A stretch of DNA of 33,576 bases, taken from the NCBI GenBank assembly GCA_000934665.2, contig JYFJ02004362.1:1-33576 (forward strand). The letters run 5' to 3'. The notes beneath the pieces are model-generated. The model was not told the origin of the DNA. It was given only the letters and a program-made list of their open reading frames with translations, and searched no databases. The position numbers and the translations under genes were made by a program. Positions 11,615 to 24,038 of this stretch are shown piece after piece (position 1 is the stretch's first letter; the number at the start of each line of letters is the position of its first letter). Source of the DNA: Catajapyx aquilonaris (Eukaryota).

Positions 11615-14600
11615 TGTGGCAGAGGGCAGGGGAGGGGAGGGATTGAAGAGGAAATGGAAAAGGACTGGGTGAGTACAATGTGTAACTGCAGCATTATGAC
11701 TTCTGCTGTACTTTTGCAGAACTCAATATGCTAAGTAGATAAAGAAGCTCATGTGAGCTTGCCAATGGAGAGATTGAGCTCATTATTATGACTAAGTCTA
11801 TTGGTTGGTAGCGATCAGTTCAGTTTAGCCCTGTGGCACTGAAGTTGATGGCCAGGAAAACTTGCATCCTAAAATAATGCTCAATGTCATTAAGATTGAT
11901 ACTTAATTGTGGTAATGAGCAAGAAAAGTTATGTGTCATGGTTATTTCAGGGGATGAAGATGGAAAGGAATGCAGCCTATGAGGATTGATGAAGGAGAGT
12001 TCAGTCAAGAAGGATAAGGAAGAGAAGGGAACGTGAATGTGGGAAATGGTGTGGATGGGAAGGGTTGAAATCGGGTTGGGTGGGATTGGGGGGAGGGGGG
12101 GGGGGTGAAGGGGGCATTTCTAAGGAGCCACTGCTTTAGCATGCGGTGCGGTTGCAATTGCAGTGTGCAGTTTGCAGTTGGCGAGGTGCTGCCCAGGTGG
12201 TGTGGTTGGTGAGCAGGAGGTTGGTGGAGTGGAGGTGTTTGGAGTGGTGGAGAGGAGGAGGAGGTGGAGGAAAAAGGAACGGGACAATACTTGGAAAAAG
12301 GTACTGGGCAAGCACAGTGGCTCCTATACAGAAAACTTTAAAAAAATAACAAGTTGAAAAAAAAAGTACGAACTTATTACACTCGTGATGCTTGTTATGT
12401 TCAGGTTCATTTCATGATACCCATTATAATCGTAGCTTCTTTAAGGATCATGATCCTTTTTTGCCTTTGATAGTTGTGTGTATTTCTTTTGTAGCTCTAG
12501 TTTAAGGCTGCCAGTTTCTGCCACCTTATATGTTTACCTTATTCACCCTGTCATCCCTTTTCAGCTGACGTCATTTAGCATCCTTCACATTCTTCTAAAC
12601 TCCCTCATCCTTGCCCTTTGACCCATCCAATATTTTATTGACCCAACATTGTCTTTGTTTCCTTTCATGGGGTAATGCAGAGACTGCAAGGTAGAGAGTA
12701 ATAAAAAAAAGGTGACTGAAGATAAAAGGATAAATGATGTATTGAAGCAAGATAGAATTGGTGTTTGATTGTTGTGAGGCAAACTTGGGAGGTGAATAAC
12801 GGGTGGCTTTTCTTTTCTTTCTTCCATTTTTGGCGTGCCGCAGGTGCGGTTGGCAGTAAGAGAGTCGGCTGCTGCCGCTGCTGGCCGTTGGTGGCGGTAG
12901 TTGCGGGTGGCAGTGTGGCTGAGTGGCAGAGATTGCGGGTTCCTGAGAGAGAGAGAGGGGGTTCCTGATAGTAGCAGAGCTGCCTGCTGAGCACACAAAC
13001 ATTCACACATAAGACACTCCCTTTGTCATTAGTTGGGTTGATTGGATGAAGCAGACCAAGCACACACAATACATGCAAACGAATGGAGGACAGAAGCAGA
13101 CTAATCAAGGGGGAGCAGAGCAGCTTGGGAGGCAAAAAAAAAAAAAAAAAATCTTTGTCATAATACCTTCCTACCCTGTGACCTGATGTTGAGAGACCAA
13201 GATGACAGGTAGCCAATTTAACTCATTTAGTGGGGGGTGCACATTGTGCTGAAGTTGGAGGACACTTTGCCTACTTGTCTTCTTGGTTGGTCTTCCATCT
13301 GATCTTGTTGGGTTGGGAGGGCAGCATATTGTGGTTCTGTTACCTTGACAGGTGCAGGCCTCTGACCCAGCTGGCAGATTTGGGGGAGAGCAGGAAGAGA
13401 ATGGAAGGAAGGCGGGGGTGTCTGCTGCATGCTGGCAGGGGTTTTGCTGAGGGGGCGCTTGCAGGGAAGGCTGCTGCCATCAGGATGCCCGGAAGTTAGA
13501 TAAGCAACTGGCCACCCACCCGATCTTTTCTTTAAGAATTTTTACAGGTGGAGTGAGAAGGGTAGGCCATGTTTGTAGGTGCTGCTGGGAGAAGGAGTGC
13601 AGACATGATGGAACATGTAAGCCTTGAGGGAGTGAACCTGCCTGTCCAGTCATGGTTGCTATTGCTGACCCTGGAATTATGTACCAGATTTTGCTGCCGT
13701 GGCAAGGAGGGGCAGACCCTTTATGCAGGAATGCAAAGCTGCCAATTTGCAGGTGATTGGCAACCAACCATTGGAGCTGCTACAAGGAATTCTCATTCTT
13801 ACACTTCCAGCAAAATAGGTGCTTTTTGGTAGCATGAAACACACCAACAGCTATTTTATTTCATGATTGTGAAACATCATGCTAGAAGTTAGATTATCAC
13901 TGGGTGCAGAGATGTGCAAGTCGATGTCAAGCTACACTATCAGATGTATATTTTTTTTTTGTGTGTTTCTGAGAGTTCACCATGGATTGAAATTGACATT
14001 CATTTTCCTACAATCGTGAGACTGGAAAAGCTGCACAATGTTGAATGGTGACAATTTTCTGTGGGTGTGAATTGACATTTGCAATGCTCACTGTTTTACA
14101 ATCCATGCTTTCCAATAACACTTGCCATTCAATGATTTTGTGGTACGAGATTAGAGGGTGACCAAACCTAAGTTGAGGCCCATGTGTCTGATCTTTCAAT
14201 TTTTCCGAATTAGTTCTCTTGCAGTGATGTGATGTATGCTGCAGTTACAGAACACTGACAATTACCAAATAATAAGGAAACCAACCTGGTCATCCAAGTT
14301 ATTAATGTGACCAGATGTCCAGTTTTTCCCGTACATGGAGGTTCAAGCGATAGAATGTGTCACTGTATAGTGTATTCGAAAAGCAAAAGAGGAACACAAT
14401 CGACATGCGAGCCTCTCTTCCTCCATTACTTCCAGTAGTGTTTTGTAATTATCTTTTATTTTATTAATTTACTTCGTGGAATAGTGCCATATGGAAAATG
14501 AACAAAATTAATGTCACATCTAATACATATATCTGGACGTATATCTGTCTGATCCTGATGCAAGTCCATACGGAGGCCTCCACATAAGCCCCAGGGGAAT

Positions 14601-17378
14601 GATAGGGGCAGTGTTTTACTGGGAAGGTCATAAGCACATTGGACTTTACCTCCGAGGNCCCCCCCCCCCCCACCTCACTCTCAATACTTTTGGTATAAGT
14701 AGGATGATCAGGTTAATTGTTTTTTTTTTACTGTTCAGTAATTTTTATTTTATATAATTGCAGTATACAATCAAATTATCACATTATCATTGCAAGAAAA
14801 CCACATGTGATAGGAAAAATGGAAAGTAGATCTGAAACCAGGGCCCTTGGGTTAGGTTAGGTGTCTCATTAAATCCCATACTCCAGAAGCTTTGCAAATT
14901 TTTACAGGGTAGTGCAATTAACATCAATGGAAAACAAGATCCAATGACAATATCGTTGTGCCATGTGAGTGGCGATAATGTCCCTTTCTTGGCCAAGGGC
15001 ACCACAGAGCTGTTTTAATTCTTTGAAACATTTACTAGGGCACACTGTGCAGTGGTGTGTAACCCTTTGCTTTCTGACAAATGGGGGCATGAGATATGTT
15101 GACCATTATTGATGTAGCCTACTGCTGCACAGGCAAGAAGCAGTTTCATGTCCTGAACATTAAGATGTTCTGAAGGTGGGCTTCTGGTGTAATTAATAGT
15201 TATGGGATGTCTTGGAGGTAAGTAATGGCAGCAGTGTGAAGTATCATTGTGAGCATAAAGATGAAAAGAGCTGGTTACAGAATGATGGGAGATTTCCCTG
15301 GAATGCCAGCAGGCATTGGTACAGTAGTACGGGACTACTAGTAATCTAGTCACCAGAAATTATACCTTGTGGCTTTATTAGTTGTCTTCCCTGCAATTAA
15401 AAAAACCGAAAGTTGGTTCCAGCTTTTGCAATTATTATGATCTCGTACATTACTCGATTTTTTAAACATTACCGTTCAGTCACCTCTACTATTGAGAAAT
15501 TGAATAAAAGTAATCCTGATCCTATTTTTGTCTTTATATTTGGGGCATAAGGGTTTCCCAGTTCTTTTCAATTGTGTCAGATGGGAAGAATGTGTGTCAA
15601 GTTATATTCACACCAGTGTAATGTGAGCCAAAAAGGGTGGCAAAAGTGTAGTCACATTACCCGTGGTGGTGACTAGCGGAAGCTGGTGGAAGGCATGAGG
15701 TTTTTTTTTTGTTGTTGTTTGGGTTATTATTTTATTGGTCTAAATTGGTCAGCTCCTATTTCTTAGATACTTAGAAGACTTATTAACAAGCAAGAGGTGA
15801 GGAACATCCTAATCAATGTCAACTGGTACAGTATAAGTCAGAAAATGCTCACTTCTCTGCAATGAGAACGCAGGAACTGGTGATTGTGAGTGCAGACAAA
15901 TTGAGACCTGACTGCTAGGGCTACAGGCAAAGAGGAGGTAACTGCAATTTCCAAGCACCTACAGGTTTTGCAGAAATAAGGTGGTATCTGCCAAGTGTGA
16001 ATAAATTTTGAACTATCCCTCAGAGATGAATTGGTGATTCAATGGCAGGTGAGGGTAATAAATCATCATTAATCCCAGTTAATTTGAGAAATAGTTTAGT
16101 GACTTCCCAGAAAACTCAATATTTGTGATAATGAGACAGACCATCAAGACTGGATTGTCAACTGCAGTGGGCAGCGCATAAATTACACGAGTCGCTTCCC
16201 CACTCCAGCTCTTGTAACTTGGTTAAGGAATGTATGGGCAACCAACATTAAATGCAGTTGGAAAACAATTTGGGACTGCTGGGTAGTTTGTTGCAAGAAA
16301 AATTCAAGTGAATTAGCATTGTGGAGAATACATCAAGGCCTCTTCAGGTATGAATCAACAGTTCAAAGGTGTATCCATGTCTATAACATCACAAGTGAAT
16401 TTGATTCAACCACTCGTATCTTGCACTTCTGATCAATTATTCAACTACTTGCCAATTTTTCTGCTGATGGCGTCTGTTCATATCCTTGGAATGTGACCTG
16501 CCCAGCCGTGGTGAGCCAGGAATCGTGGTCAAAGGCAACAGCTTCACCTATAGTTCCCATTCACAAATAGTCTGACCCACAGTCTCACCACTGCACTGCC
16601 CAGACAGGTAAGTTCCCATAAATTAGGATATGCCATGAATAGGTACCCATTATGCAGGTTGTTCCACTGCCTTGACACCTGCAACACTTGGGCAGGGTAA
16701 AATGTAATGTACCATTGAAGTGAGTATTCCATCTTGTCACCTCACCTCATTGTAGGAGACTGAAACTGTGGGATGAACCACTCCATATTGATAAACATAC
16801 TTGTACATTAAAAATTCCCTTGTATTAAAAAAACTTGGGGATTTAATAATTCTTTTCAATGCTTCCAACCTGAATTCCACTCAGTTAAAATATACACTCT
16901 TTCATGCACATCTTAAGTTCCCAATTTCCCTTTTAGTTTCTGAAGTAAGAGCATTCTAGTACAGTACACAAGGTCTTTCTATATTTGTTCATTTTTGAGT
17001 GAAATAGGTTTTCCAAAATAAAGTATTAACACAGTTCGTAAGCCAAAGGATCACTTTATACTGCACAAAAAGTGGGACCAAACATCTTGGGAATCTTGAT
17101 ACTGGGTTGGGTTGTGGAAAGAATAGGGATGTGGGAGTCAAAGGATGAAAAATTCTATATACAGATAAAATTTAAGTGTCTTCAACACTTTTTCTCGCTT
17201 GCTTCTCTTGCTACCTGGCAGCCAGCCTCAGAGTGAGGTTGGTTGGTCCCAACTGCTCAACGCACCACTGGTGCCAGCTGGACACTGCCGGGAGTTGCCT
17301 CTGGCGCGCAGCCATTCCTGTAGACCAGATAATCGGAGGGGGGCGACCAGGGGAAGGGGGCCTGGCCGCAGCAGAGGG

Positions 17379-17408
17379 TTACCTGCTGCACACCTCCTCC
17401 CTTCTCAT
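17379..17408 (-). CDS. RAI1: Putative terminal coding exon of the RAI1/TCF20-like gene (MRREEVCSR*); alternative in-frame acceptor at 17477
   Basis: Acceptor ctattcacag| is in phase 0 and followed by TAA and GC-richer UTR-like sequence. No homology support. Confidence 0.4.
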   Translation of the reverse strand: MRREEVCSR

Positions 17409-17544
17409 CTGTGAATAGATTTTGGGGTACCATGTAGGGTTCATCATGACACATGTCACGCAGTAATCACAGCAGACCTGATGGGATAGTCTGATTAGTG
17501 CTTCATTTAATGTAGTGATTGGCACTAACAAAGAAAACTTTGGA

Positions 17545-17602
17545 AAGTTTCAAGCTAATTGGTAACTCCCAAGTTTGGGAGTTACAAATTAGCTTGAAAC
17601 TT
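17545..17602. repeat. 58-bp near-perfect palindrome
   Basis: aagtttcaagctaattggtaactcccaa-gt-ttgggagttacaaattagcttgaaactt, 27/28 paired. Confidence 0.9.
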
Positions 17603-18005
17603 GCCCAGCAAGAAATCATTGGTGAAAGTTTTAGTGCTCATGTGCAGCTACGGGGTTGTGGTTCGAACCGCAATCTGCTCATTAAAAGCAGCCTCCTGCA
17701 GGCCACTGCATAACTCAACTTAATCCTTAACAAGAATAGCAGTGCACTAGGGAAGTGGCAATCCAGAATTCTCTTGATTCCAAGCCAAGTTTACCACCAA
17801 TTTTGCCATCATTATAGCTTATTGGCAGGAAATGGAATGCTACAATTTTCGAAAATAATTACATGCACCAGATTTTCATGTTGCCTGAGCATCATGCAAA
17901 TACTTTAATTTCAAGTGTCCAAGTTCTCCTTGTGAAACACTTTCAAATCCCAAATGACAAGCAAATGAAAGGGTTGCATGAATAGTCCAGCACTGCATCA
18001 CTGAC

Positions 18006-18149
18006 CTTGTGAGCTGAGCAAAGTGCCTGGAAATAGTCCTCATCCAGCGACCATCCTTCCTTCAGGGCACACCCGTAATGGACATGACGCTTGCACTTGT
18101 GCCTGTTACAACCTACGTTGGCTCCAGGCTGGTTACAGCTAGAGCAAAC
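18006..18149 (-). CDS. RAI1: RAI1/TCF20-like exon, PHD finger core
   Basis: VCSSCNQPGANVGCNRHKCKRHVHYGCALKEGWSLDEDYFQALCSAHK. Boundaries tag|GTT and AAG|gtcagt. Too short for the ORF track. Confidence 0.92.
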
Positions 18150-18592
18150 CTACATCATGTGAAAGACAATGCTCTTTAATGCTGGCCAATATTATATGCC
18201 AATGGCTGCATAATTAATCAAGCTCACCCTGCAGCTGAACACCAAAAGTTTTTTAAAATTGTAATGTGATTCCAGAAAACTTCCTTGTTCAAACAAAATC
18301 AAGTAATCAGTTTAACTGTGGCTGAATTTGAGATAATTTATGAAATGAAATGGAATGCCAGCGAAGTTTTGAGTGCTTGACAATGTACAAATGCAAGCAC
18401 AATTATTCAGTGCTAGTATTATTACCATTCATACGTGAAATGTCCCTCACCAATAAATGTGGTTCATTTCAAAATGATATTACTTCTTATCCTTATAATC
18501 CGCGACTTTTGAGAGCTGATCCCATGATGTGTCAGAACAGAATGGACAACTTCAAATGTCCCCGTTTCATTACTGTCTCAAGCATAACTTAC

Positions 18593-19117
18593 AGCTGCAC
18601 AGGCATCCCACACAGCCTCCTGCAGGCCAACAAGTCGTGGCCCCAACAGGTGAACCCCTGGCGCCCACACAGCACATGACTCGTGTATCCAAACCTCCTT
18701 AGGCCCATCTGCTGGCACCGGAGAAGGTGGAGGAGTGACAGGGGGAAGAATTGGAGGGGGTGCAGAAGAGGTTGAAGGTGCCCCAATTGCCACCAACTTT
18801 GATTTGGCAGGCTTTGTGGGCTGCTCTTTGCCTGGTTCTTGCGCTATGAAATAAGGTCCAAACAAGTCTCCAAGTCCATCTGCATGTGATCCCCGCCTAC
18901 AGAAGATACAAAGCCAGGACCGGTCGGGTGTGAAAGCATCGTACTTGGCAGCCAATGTTGATGCAAACCCAACACGTGATGCCTTCCCCCGGGCATCTAT
19001 CTCATGGTGGAATGATGAACTTGGCTGGGGCACCATAGGAGATGCTTGGACACCTCCAGAAGAAGACACTGAGTCAACTCTCCTGCCACCTTCATCCTTA
19101 GCCAGTGCATTCACAAC
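18593..19117 (-). CDS. RAI1: RAI1/TCF20-like exon, first part of the extended PHD (zf-HC5HC2H)
   Basis: CIFC...LGDLFGPY...EVWIHESCAVWAPGV...LVGLQEAVWDA matches the RAI1/TCF20 ePHD. Boundaries ag|GTT and GCT|gtaagt. Confidence 0.92.
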
Positions 19118-19536
19118 CTGCAAACAGTTAAATTGGGAGCTCAGAATACTACATAAATATAGATTCACAACAGTCACTAATGGAAAACCATCAAGATGTT
19201 ATTTTAAGCTGCAGAGGCACAATCTGGGAATTAGAAAACTTTAATGCCAAGAATGGAAATTGAGTGCCACATTTCCTTCAGATTAGATATTGGTTAGATA
19301 CAGGTACTGTGTTTGTATTGAGTGTATCATGCTTTTAGCTTACTTTAAACTAAATTGCATCTCTCTCATCATTGACTACCCCTTGCAAAGGGAAATGTGA
19401 TGATAATGTTGGAAACCTCGCCAGAAGCTAATGAAGTCACAGTGATATATAAATTAAAGCAAATGAAAGTTCAGCAGATAGAAAACCTCTTGTCAACAAG
19501 GAAACTTCTGATAAACAAATAAGTCAACCATCTAAC

Positions 19537-21002
19537 CTGGCACAACCCTGATTGATCCAAGCGGATGAATGGACCCTTCCATGGCGTTCCTGGTTTAGCA
19601 GGAGTGCCTACTGGTTCATCCATTGAGTCATCCTCCTCCTTCCGCTTCTTTTTCTTTTTCTTCTTGTCAGCCTTTGTGGGCTTACCAACACCCTTCTTCT
19701 TTGGAGTAACGCTCTTGCCCTTTTTGGACATTGCAACAGGTGATAGAGCACCTTCTACTCCAATTCGTCTCTTCTTAACAGGAAGTGCAAGTGCTACTTC
19801 CTCCTCACTTGACTTGCCACTCTTTCGTTTCTTCTTCTCTTTCGGCGAATCCTCTTCTCTCATCAATTGGTCAGTTTCTGGAGTGCCTTCATCATCCTGC
19901 CCCACATCAATACCTTGGAACATTTTCTCCAGCTCACTCTCCACAGCCTGGAATCTATCTTCAACAACCACACCACCAGTCTCCTTCTTTGAGTCACACT
20001 CTTTGTCTTTTTCTTTTTCTTCTACTTCAGTCACTGGAGTAATTTCAGTCAACTCAGTTGGTGCCTTTTCTTCAGTCATGTTTGGGACTGGATCCACTTC
20101 TTCAGTCAGAGTCTGCGGAGCTTTTTGTTCCGTCACTTCTGGGTGTGGTTCATTAGGCTGCACAGGGGGAGGGGGAGGGGGAGGGAGAGGTGTTGGCGTG
20201 GCTGCATCACTGGTGATTGTTGCTGGCAGAAGCCTCTGGATAGGGTTATCAGGCTTCCGTTTGCGGCGAGGTTTGTCTGCAATTGGTGAAGGTGATGAGC
20301 AAGCTTGAGAGTCCTCTGGTGATGGTGGGTGGATGGTAGAAGGAGGTAATCCTGCTGGTGGTGAGGTTGGGGATGGCTGTTGAAAAGCCTCCTCCTTTTG
20401 AGGGGCAGGACCACCATTATTAGCAACTGATGCAGGAGGAATAGGTGGTGGTGGTGGAGGTGGAGGTCTTGGGTTTGGCTGAAGTGAGGGTCCTGCCAAT
20501 GTCTCCAGCAGGGCATCAACCTTCCTGGCGCGTCTTAAGTTTGCCTTTGTTCTGGGCATATGAGGTGGAGGGGGATGGATGGGGAGGTGAGGGGGGTAGG
20601 AGGGAGGGGCAGGAGGATGGGAGGACTCCCCATTGATCAGTGGAGGGCAAGGGGATTGAGGGGGGGAAGGAGATAGGGTAGGAGAATCTGCAGCCACCAT
20701 CCTCTGAAGACTCATCAATGGAGATGGATTTCCACCACCTCCAGCCATTGAAGTTGTTACTGATGTGGAAGAAGGTGAACTGCTTCCTCCTCCTCCTCCT
20801 CCTCCTCCTCCTGGTGCTGCTGCTGCTACTGCTGTTGGTGCTCCACCACCTCCTCCAGCATTGCCAGTCACCCCCTGTTGTTTCCACCCCCATGCTGGTA
20901 CTTGTGGTGGCCCTCCCCATCCACCACTTTCTGGTTGTGGAGATGGTGCTGGGACGTAACCAGATGGTGACCCACCATAGTGACCACCATTGCGTATCTC
21001 AC
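19537..21002 (-). CDS. RAI1: RAI1/TCF20-like large exon (Pro-rich, acidic, and basic NLS-like segments)
   Basis: Acceptor ccttttcag|GT, donor CAG|gttaga. 488-codon open frame containing SPLMSLQRMV, KKKKKKKRK and GPFIRL. Confidence 0.88.
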
Positions 21003-21286
21003 CTGAAAAGGCCATAGAATTGGTATAGATAATAACTTATCATGCCTGCATAGCATGACCTATAAAATATTATCAAAATGGGAAGGCTAGTGGTTAACCT
21101 TACTCCAAGGCCTATTAAATGTTAAAGGGACTATTAATTATTTCACTAAATGTCATGCAAGTTTTTGTTTGGTAGAAGTGTGAAATAATGATCTGCAAAA
21201 ATGCCGCTACTCAATATTTTTATTGGACATTTGAGCATTACTTTTTCAAGGAATTGCTTTTTTGTGCCTTTGAGGGTAGCAACAGC

Positions 21287-21610
21287 CAAGGGGGTAGTCA
21301 CTTCATAAAAGTGTTCACCGGTTCTCGTGAATTGCAGCTCTCCTCGGCTCTCCGCAGCATCAGTGAGCCAGTAAGACCATGGGTGATCCGGTGTATACTC
21401 ACTGATGAGCAAGTTGGTGAGCCGGGAGAGCCACAGTGAGCAGCGGAGGGGGCAGGGTGGGCCGCAGAGAGCAGCAGTGGGCCAAGGAGGCCAAAGGCAA
21501 ACTATGTCATATGATGAGGAATGATGATGAACAAAGGTGCATTTATCCCGGGGGGCTCTCCACAGCTCACCAGTGAGGAACACCGGCTCTCCAAAGTGAC
21601 TACTCCCTTG
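21287..21610. mobile_element. MITE with 17-bp TIR and perfect 8-bp TSD (P-element-like, or hAT)
   Basis: TIR CAAGGG(G/A)GTAGTCACTT. TSD GCAACAGC at 21279-21286 and 21611-21618. Internal GGCTCTCC motifs recur in both orientations. Confidence 0.85.
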
Positions 21611-22645
21611 GCAACAGCATTGAACAAAAATCCTTCAAATTGTTTCCTATTGAGGATATCAGAGCTTCAGTCTACATTTAGGGCTGGTTGCGTCAAAGTA
21701 AGATTAAGGCTGAGGAAAGCTTATTTTGTCCTGGGCATTAATTGCTGGCAATAATGAACCTCACAAGTAGTAACTCAATTAGTAACATGTGAGTTAAGAA
21801 TCTGGTTCAAGAATGAACATTTTCCTAGGAATGAAACTGTTTCCAGAAACCTTGAATTGACATCAACACGTCACTTCTCTTCTCCTGAATCTCCACCTGC
21901 CTCCCAAACTCTGGTTAAAACAGGTTGTTACAAAATAATATAGAAGTAGTAGCTACTGTTTAAAACAAAGTTTTATTGATAAAATATTTGGCGCAAGAAA
22001 CCATCTCACAAAATAAGTAAGCATTTACTGTCCCAATTTCAAAATTTATTTACTTCTCCTTTCTAAAAATTTCCCTTAATTCACAGGTAATGCAAAATAT
22101 CCTGGATAATCAGGATATTTTAAAACATGTACAAGCAGTGTTATAAGTTTACACTATATTTTCTTCTAACTTTATACATAATTCCTTACTTAGTTGAATC
22201 AAGGTCAAAAATAACGTTTCTCATGGTTGCAGTTTGATGACCCAGTTACTAGGCTTTTTAAATCATGTTCATTTTCCATTATAATACATTTAACTTCAGA
22301 AAAGCTACGTAAACAGTACTGGTAATAAAGTAGCTACCATATTCATGAAACGTGTTCAGCCGCTTAAGTAACCGGCAGATAATTATTTCTGGGACTTGAC
22401 TCAAAATTCATTCTTGAGTGGTGAACAATGGCAAGGCTTGCCTGCGTAGGTGAGTTTCCTGGTGTGGCAGGATGGATAATGCTTTCCCCATCACAGAAAT
22501 GTTATTTTCTAATATGATTTGCCACCAACCATCTTAAGATTATTCAGCCAGGAGATTTAGTTTTCAACTATATGATTCAGCTAATTCTAAAGTTATTACC
22601 TGCAGACTATAGGAGTAATTCCATGCATTATCAGAGTGAGGTTAC

Positions 22646-23047
22646 CTTGGTGAGGATTAGATGCAGGTGGTGTTGGAGGATGGTGAGGATGAGGAGATGA
22701 TGCTGCCCATGTAGGAGAAGACATGTGTGCAGTGGTTGTCGGATAACTCCCACCACCCCCTGGCGACATTGGGGACATCGGTGACATTGAGCCTCCTGCA
22801 GATGGGTGTTGCTGCTGGTGGTGGTGACGCATCATGGCTGCAGAGTGTGGGTGCATGTTCTGCTGGTGTGCAGGGGTCAGGTGCTGCAGATGCTGTTGGT
22901 GATGCTGCTGCTGGTGGTGCTGGGAATAGTTCGGGGAAGAGGAAGGCCACACATGCACCGGGCTGCGGTATGAGGCCTGCTGCTGTTGCTGCATCTGGTG
23001 CGGGTGCTGGTGCTGATGTGGGTGCTGGGAGTGAGGGTGCTGCCCTC
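22646..23047 (-). CDS. RAI1: RAI1/TCF20-like exon, His/Gln/Pro-rich low-complexity region
   Basis: Acceptor gattgcag|GA and donor CAAG|gtaacc, phases 1/1. Open Q/H-rich frame. Confidence 0.82.
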
Positions 23048-23233
23048 CTGCAATCACCAGTGCAAAGACATGCCAAATATAGCTGACTTATGCTCAATTT
23101 CCATGTTTGTGTGAGGTTAAGACGGAAGTCTACAAAAACCTTCCTATTGCTTGATGGGGTTGTTATATGGAATGGTAGGAAAGGTGGGCCCTACCTCTTG
23201 GATTGAGGTTCCTGGAGACAGTCTAAGACTAAA

Positions 23234-23766
23234 TGAAGACCTCAGGGGAAGAACGATCAAGGTCCACATATCTCAGAAGATAGTTTCACTAGCCTAGAAT
23301 TTAGTGGTTTGGTCATGGTTGTGGAGTAGTGATCACAGGTCACTATGGAAGGGCCCGAAAGTGGGATCTGCAATAGAAGCTTATGGGTGTTCGAATTTTT
23401 AATTTGGAATAGCTAGACAGGGAGGCATGGTGGTTACGCCCCTGGCCAGCCAAGCGGGAGGCTGGGATTCAAAGCCTGTCCCCCGTCACCTCTGCTTGGC
23501 TGGGTCTTTTTCCGCTTTTCACCCGACATGCCGGGGCAGAATTGCACTCCCTACTCTGCCCAGGGCCAAGAGAAAAAGTCTGGTGTATTTCAGAAAGTCA
23601 GAAATGACTATATAATAATTACAGCGCCCTCCCTTGGGAACCTCCCCTTCTCCCCTAAAAGGGCTCCGCCCTATCACGGGGTGAACTTTAAAAATAAATA
23701 ATAAAAATTGGAATAGCTCAGTTTCACCTGAGGTGGACCTTCATCGTTCTTCCCCCGAGGTATTCA
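23234..23766. mobile_element. TIR element interrupted by a SINE
   Basis: 34-bp inverted repeat, 23234-23267 vs 23733-23766, with 3 mismatches. Confidence 0.7.
23415..23707 (+). mobile_element. tRNA-Gly-derived SINE
   Basis: TSD TTGGAATAGCT at 23404-23414 and 23708-23718. Head GCCAGCCAAGCGGGAGGC resembles the tRNA-Gly(GCC) anticodon and variable arm. B-box-like GGATTCAAAGCC at 23465-23476. A-rich tail. Confidence 0.75.
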
Positions 23767-24038
23767 AATGACCACAGTTAAGTGTGTCAATTTGGCTCCA
23801 TGATCGAGGTAATGCCAAGGAACCTTGTGCCTAGTGGAAGTGCATGCCTTTAGCACCATCCCATGCTTCGTATAATTTTTAGTGAACAGTTGCACTACTT
23901 ACATTTATTGTTAGTGTCATACAAATGAGTGAATAATGTAAAGCTAGATCGATTACTCGACTCATTCCTCACACAAATGTGGATTGACTCATATGATAAC
24001 AGCTATATAGTTTCTATTTGCTGTGCAAGTAAGTTCAC

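Noticed and set aside
10992..11694. Two long antisense ORFs (195 and 206 aa) over SRSF2 exon 3
   Set aside because: Shadow of purine-rich RS/RD codons, which leave few stops on the opposite strand.
11669..11719. 51-nt 3' UTR intron ending at cttttgcag
   Set aside because: At or below the usual minimum intron size. More distal acceptors are more plausible, though this one is not excluded.
14155..14315. GGGTGACCA / TGGTCATCC hAT-like ends
   Set aside because: Too short, and no TSD.
19565..21017. Plus-strand ORFs up to 247 aa opposite the RAI1-like exon
   Set aside because: Antisense shadows of low-complexity coding sequence.
23424..23480. tRNA-Gly gene
   Set aside because: No acceptor stem and a degenerate T-loop. 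The TSD and A-tail indicate a SINE.
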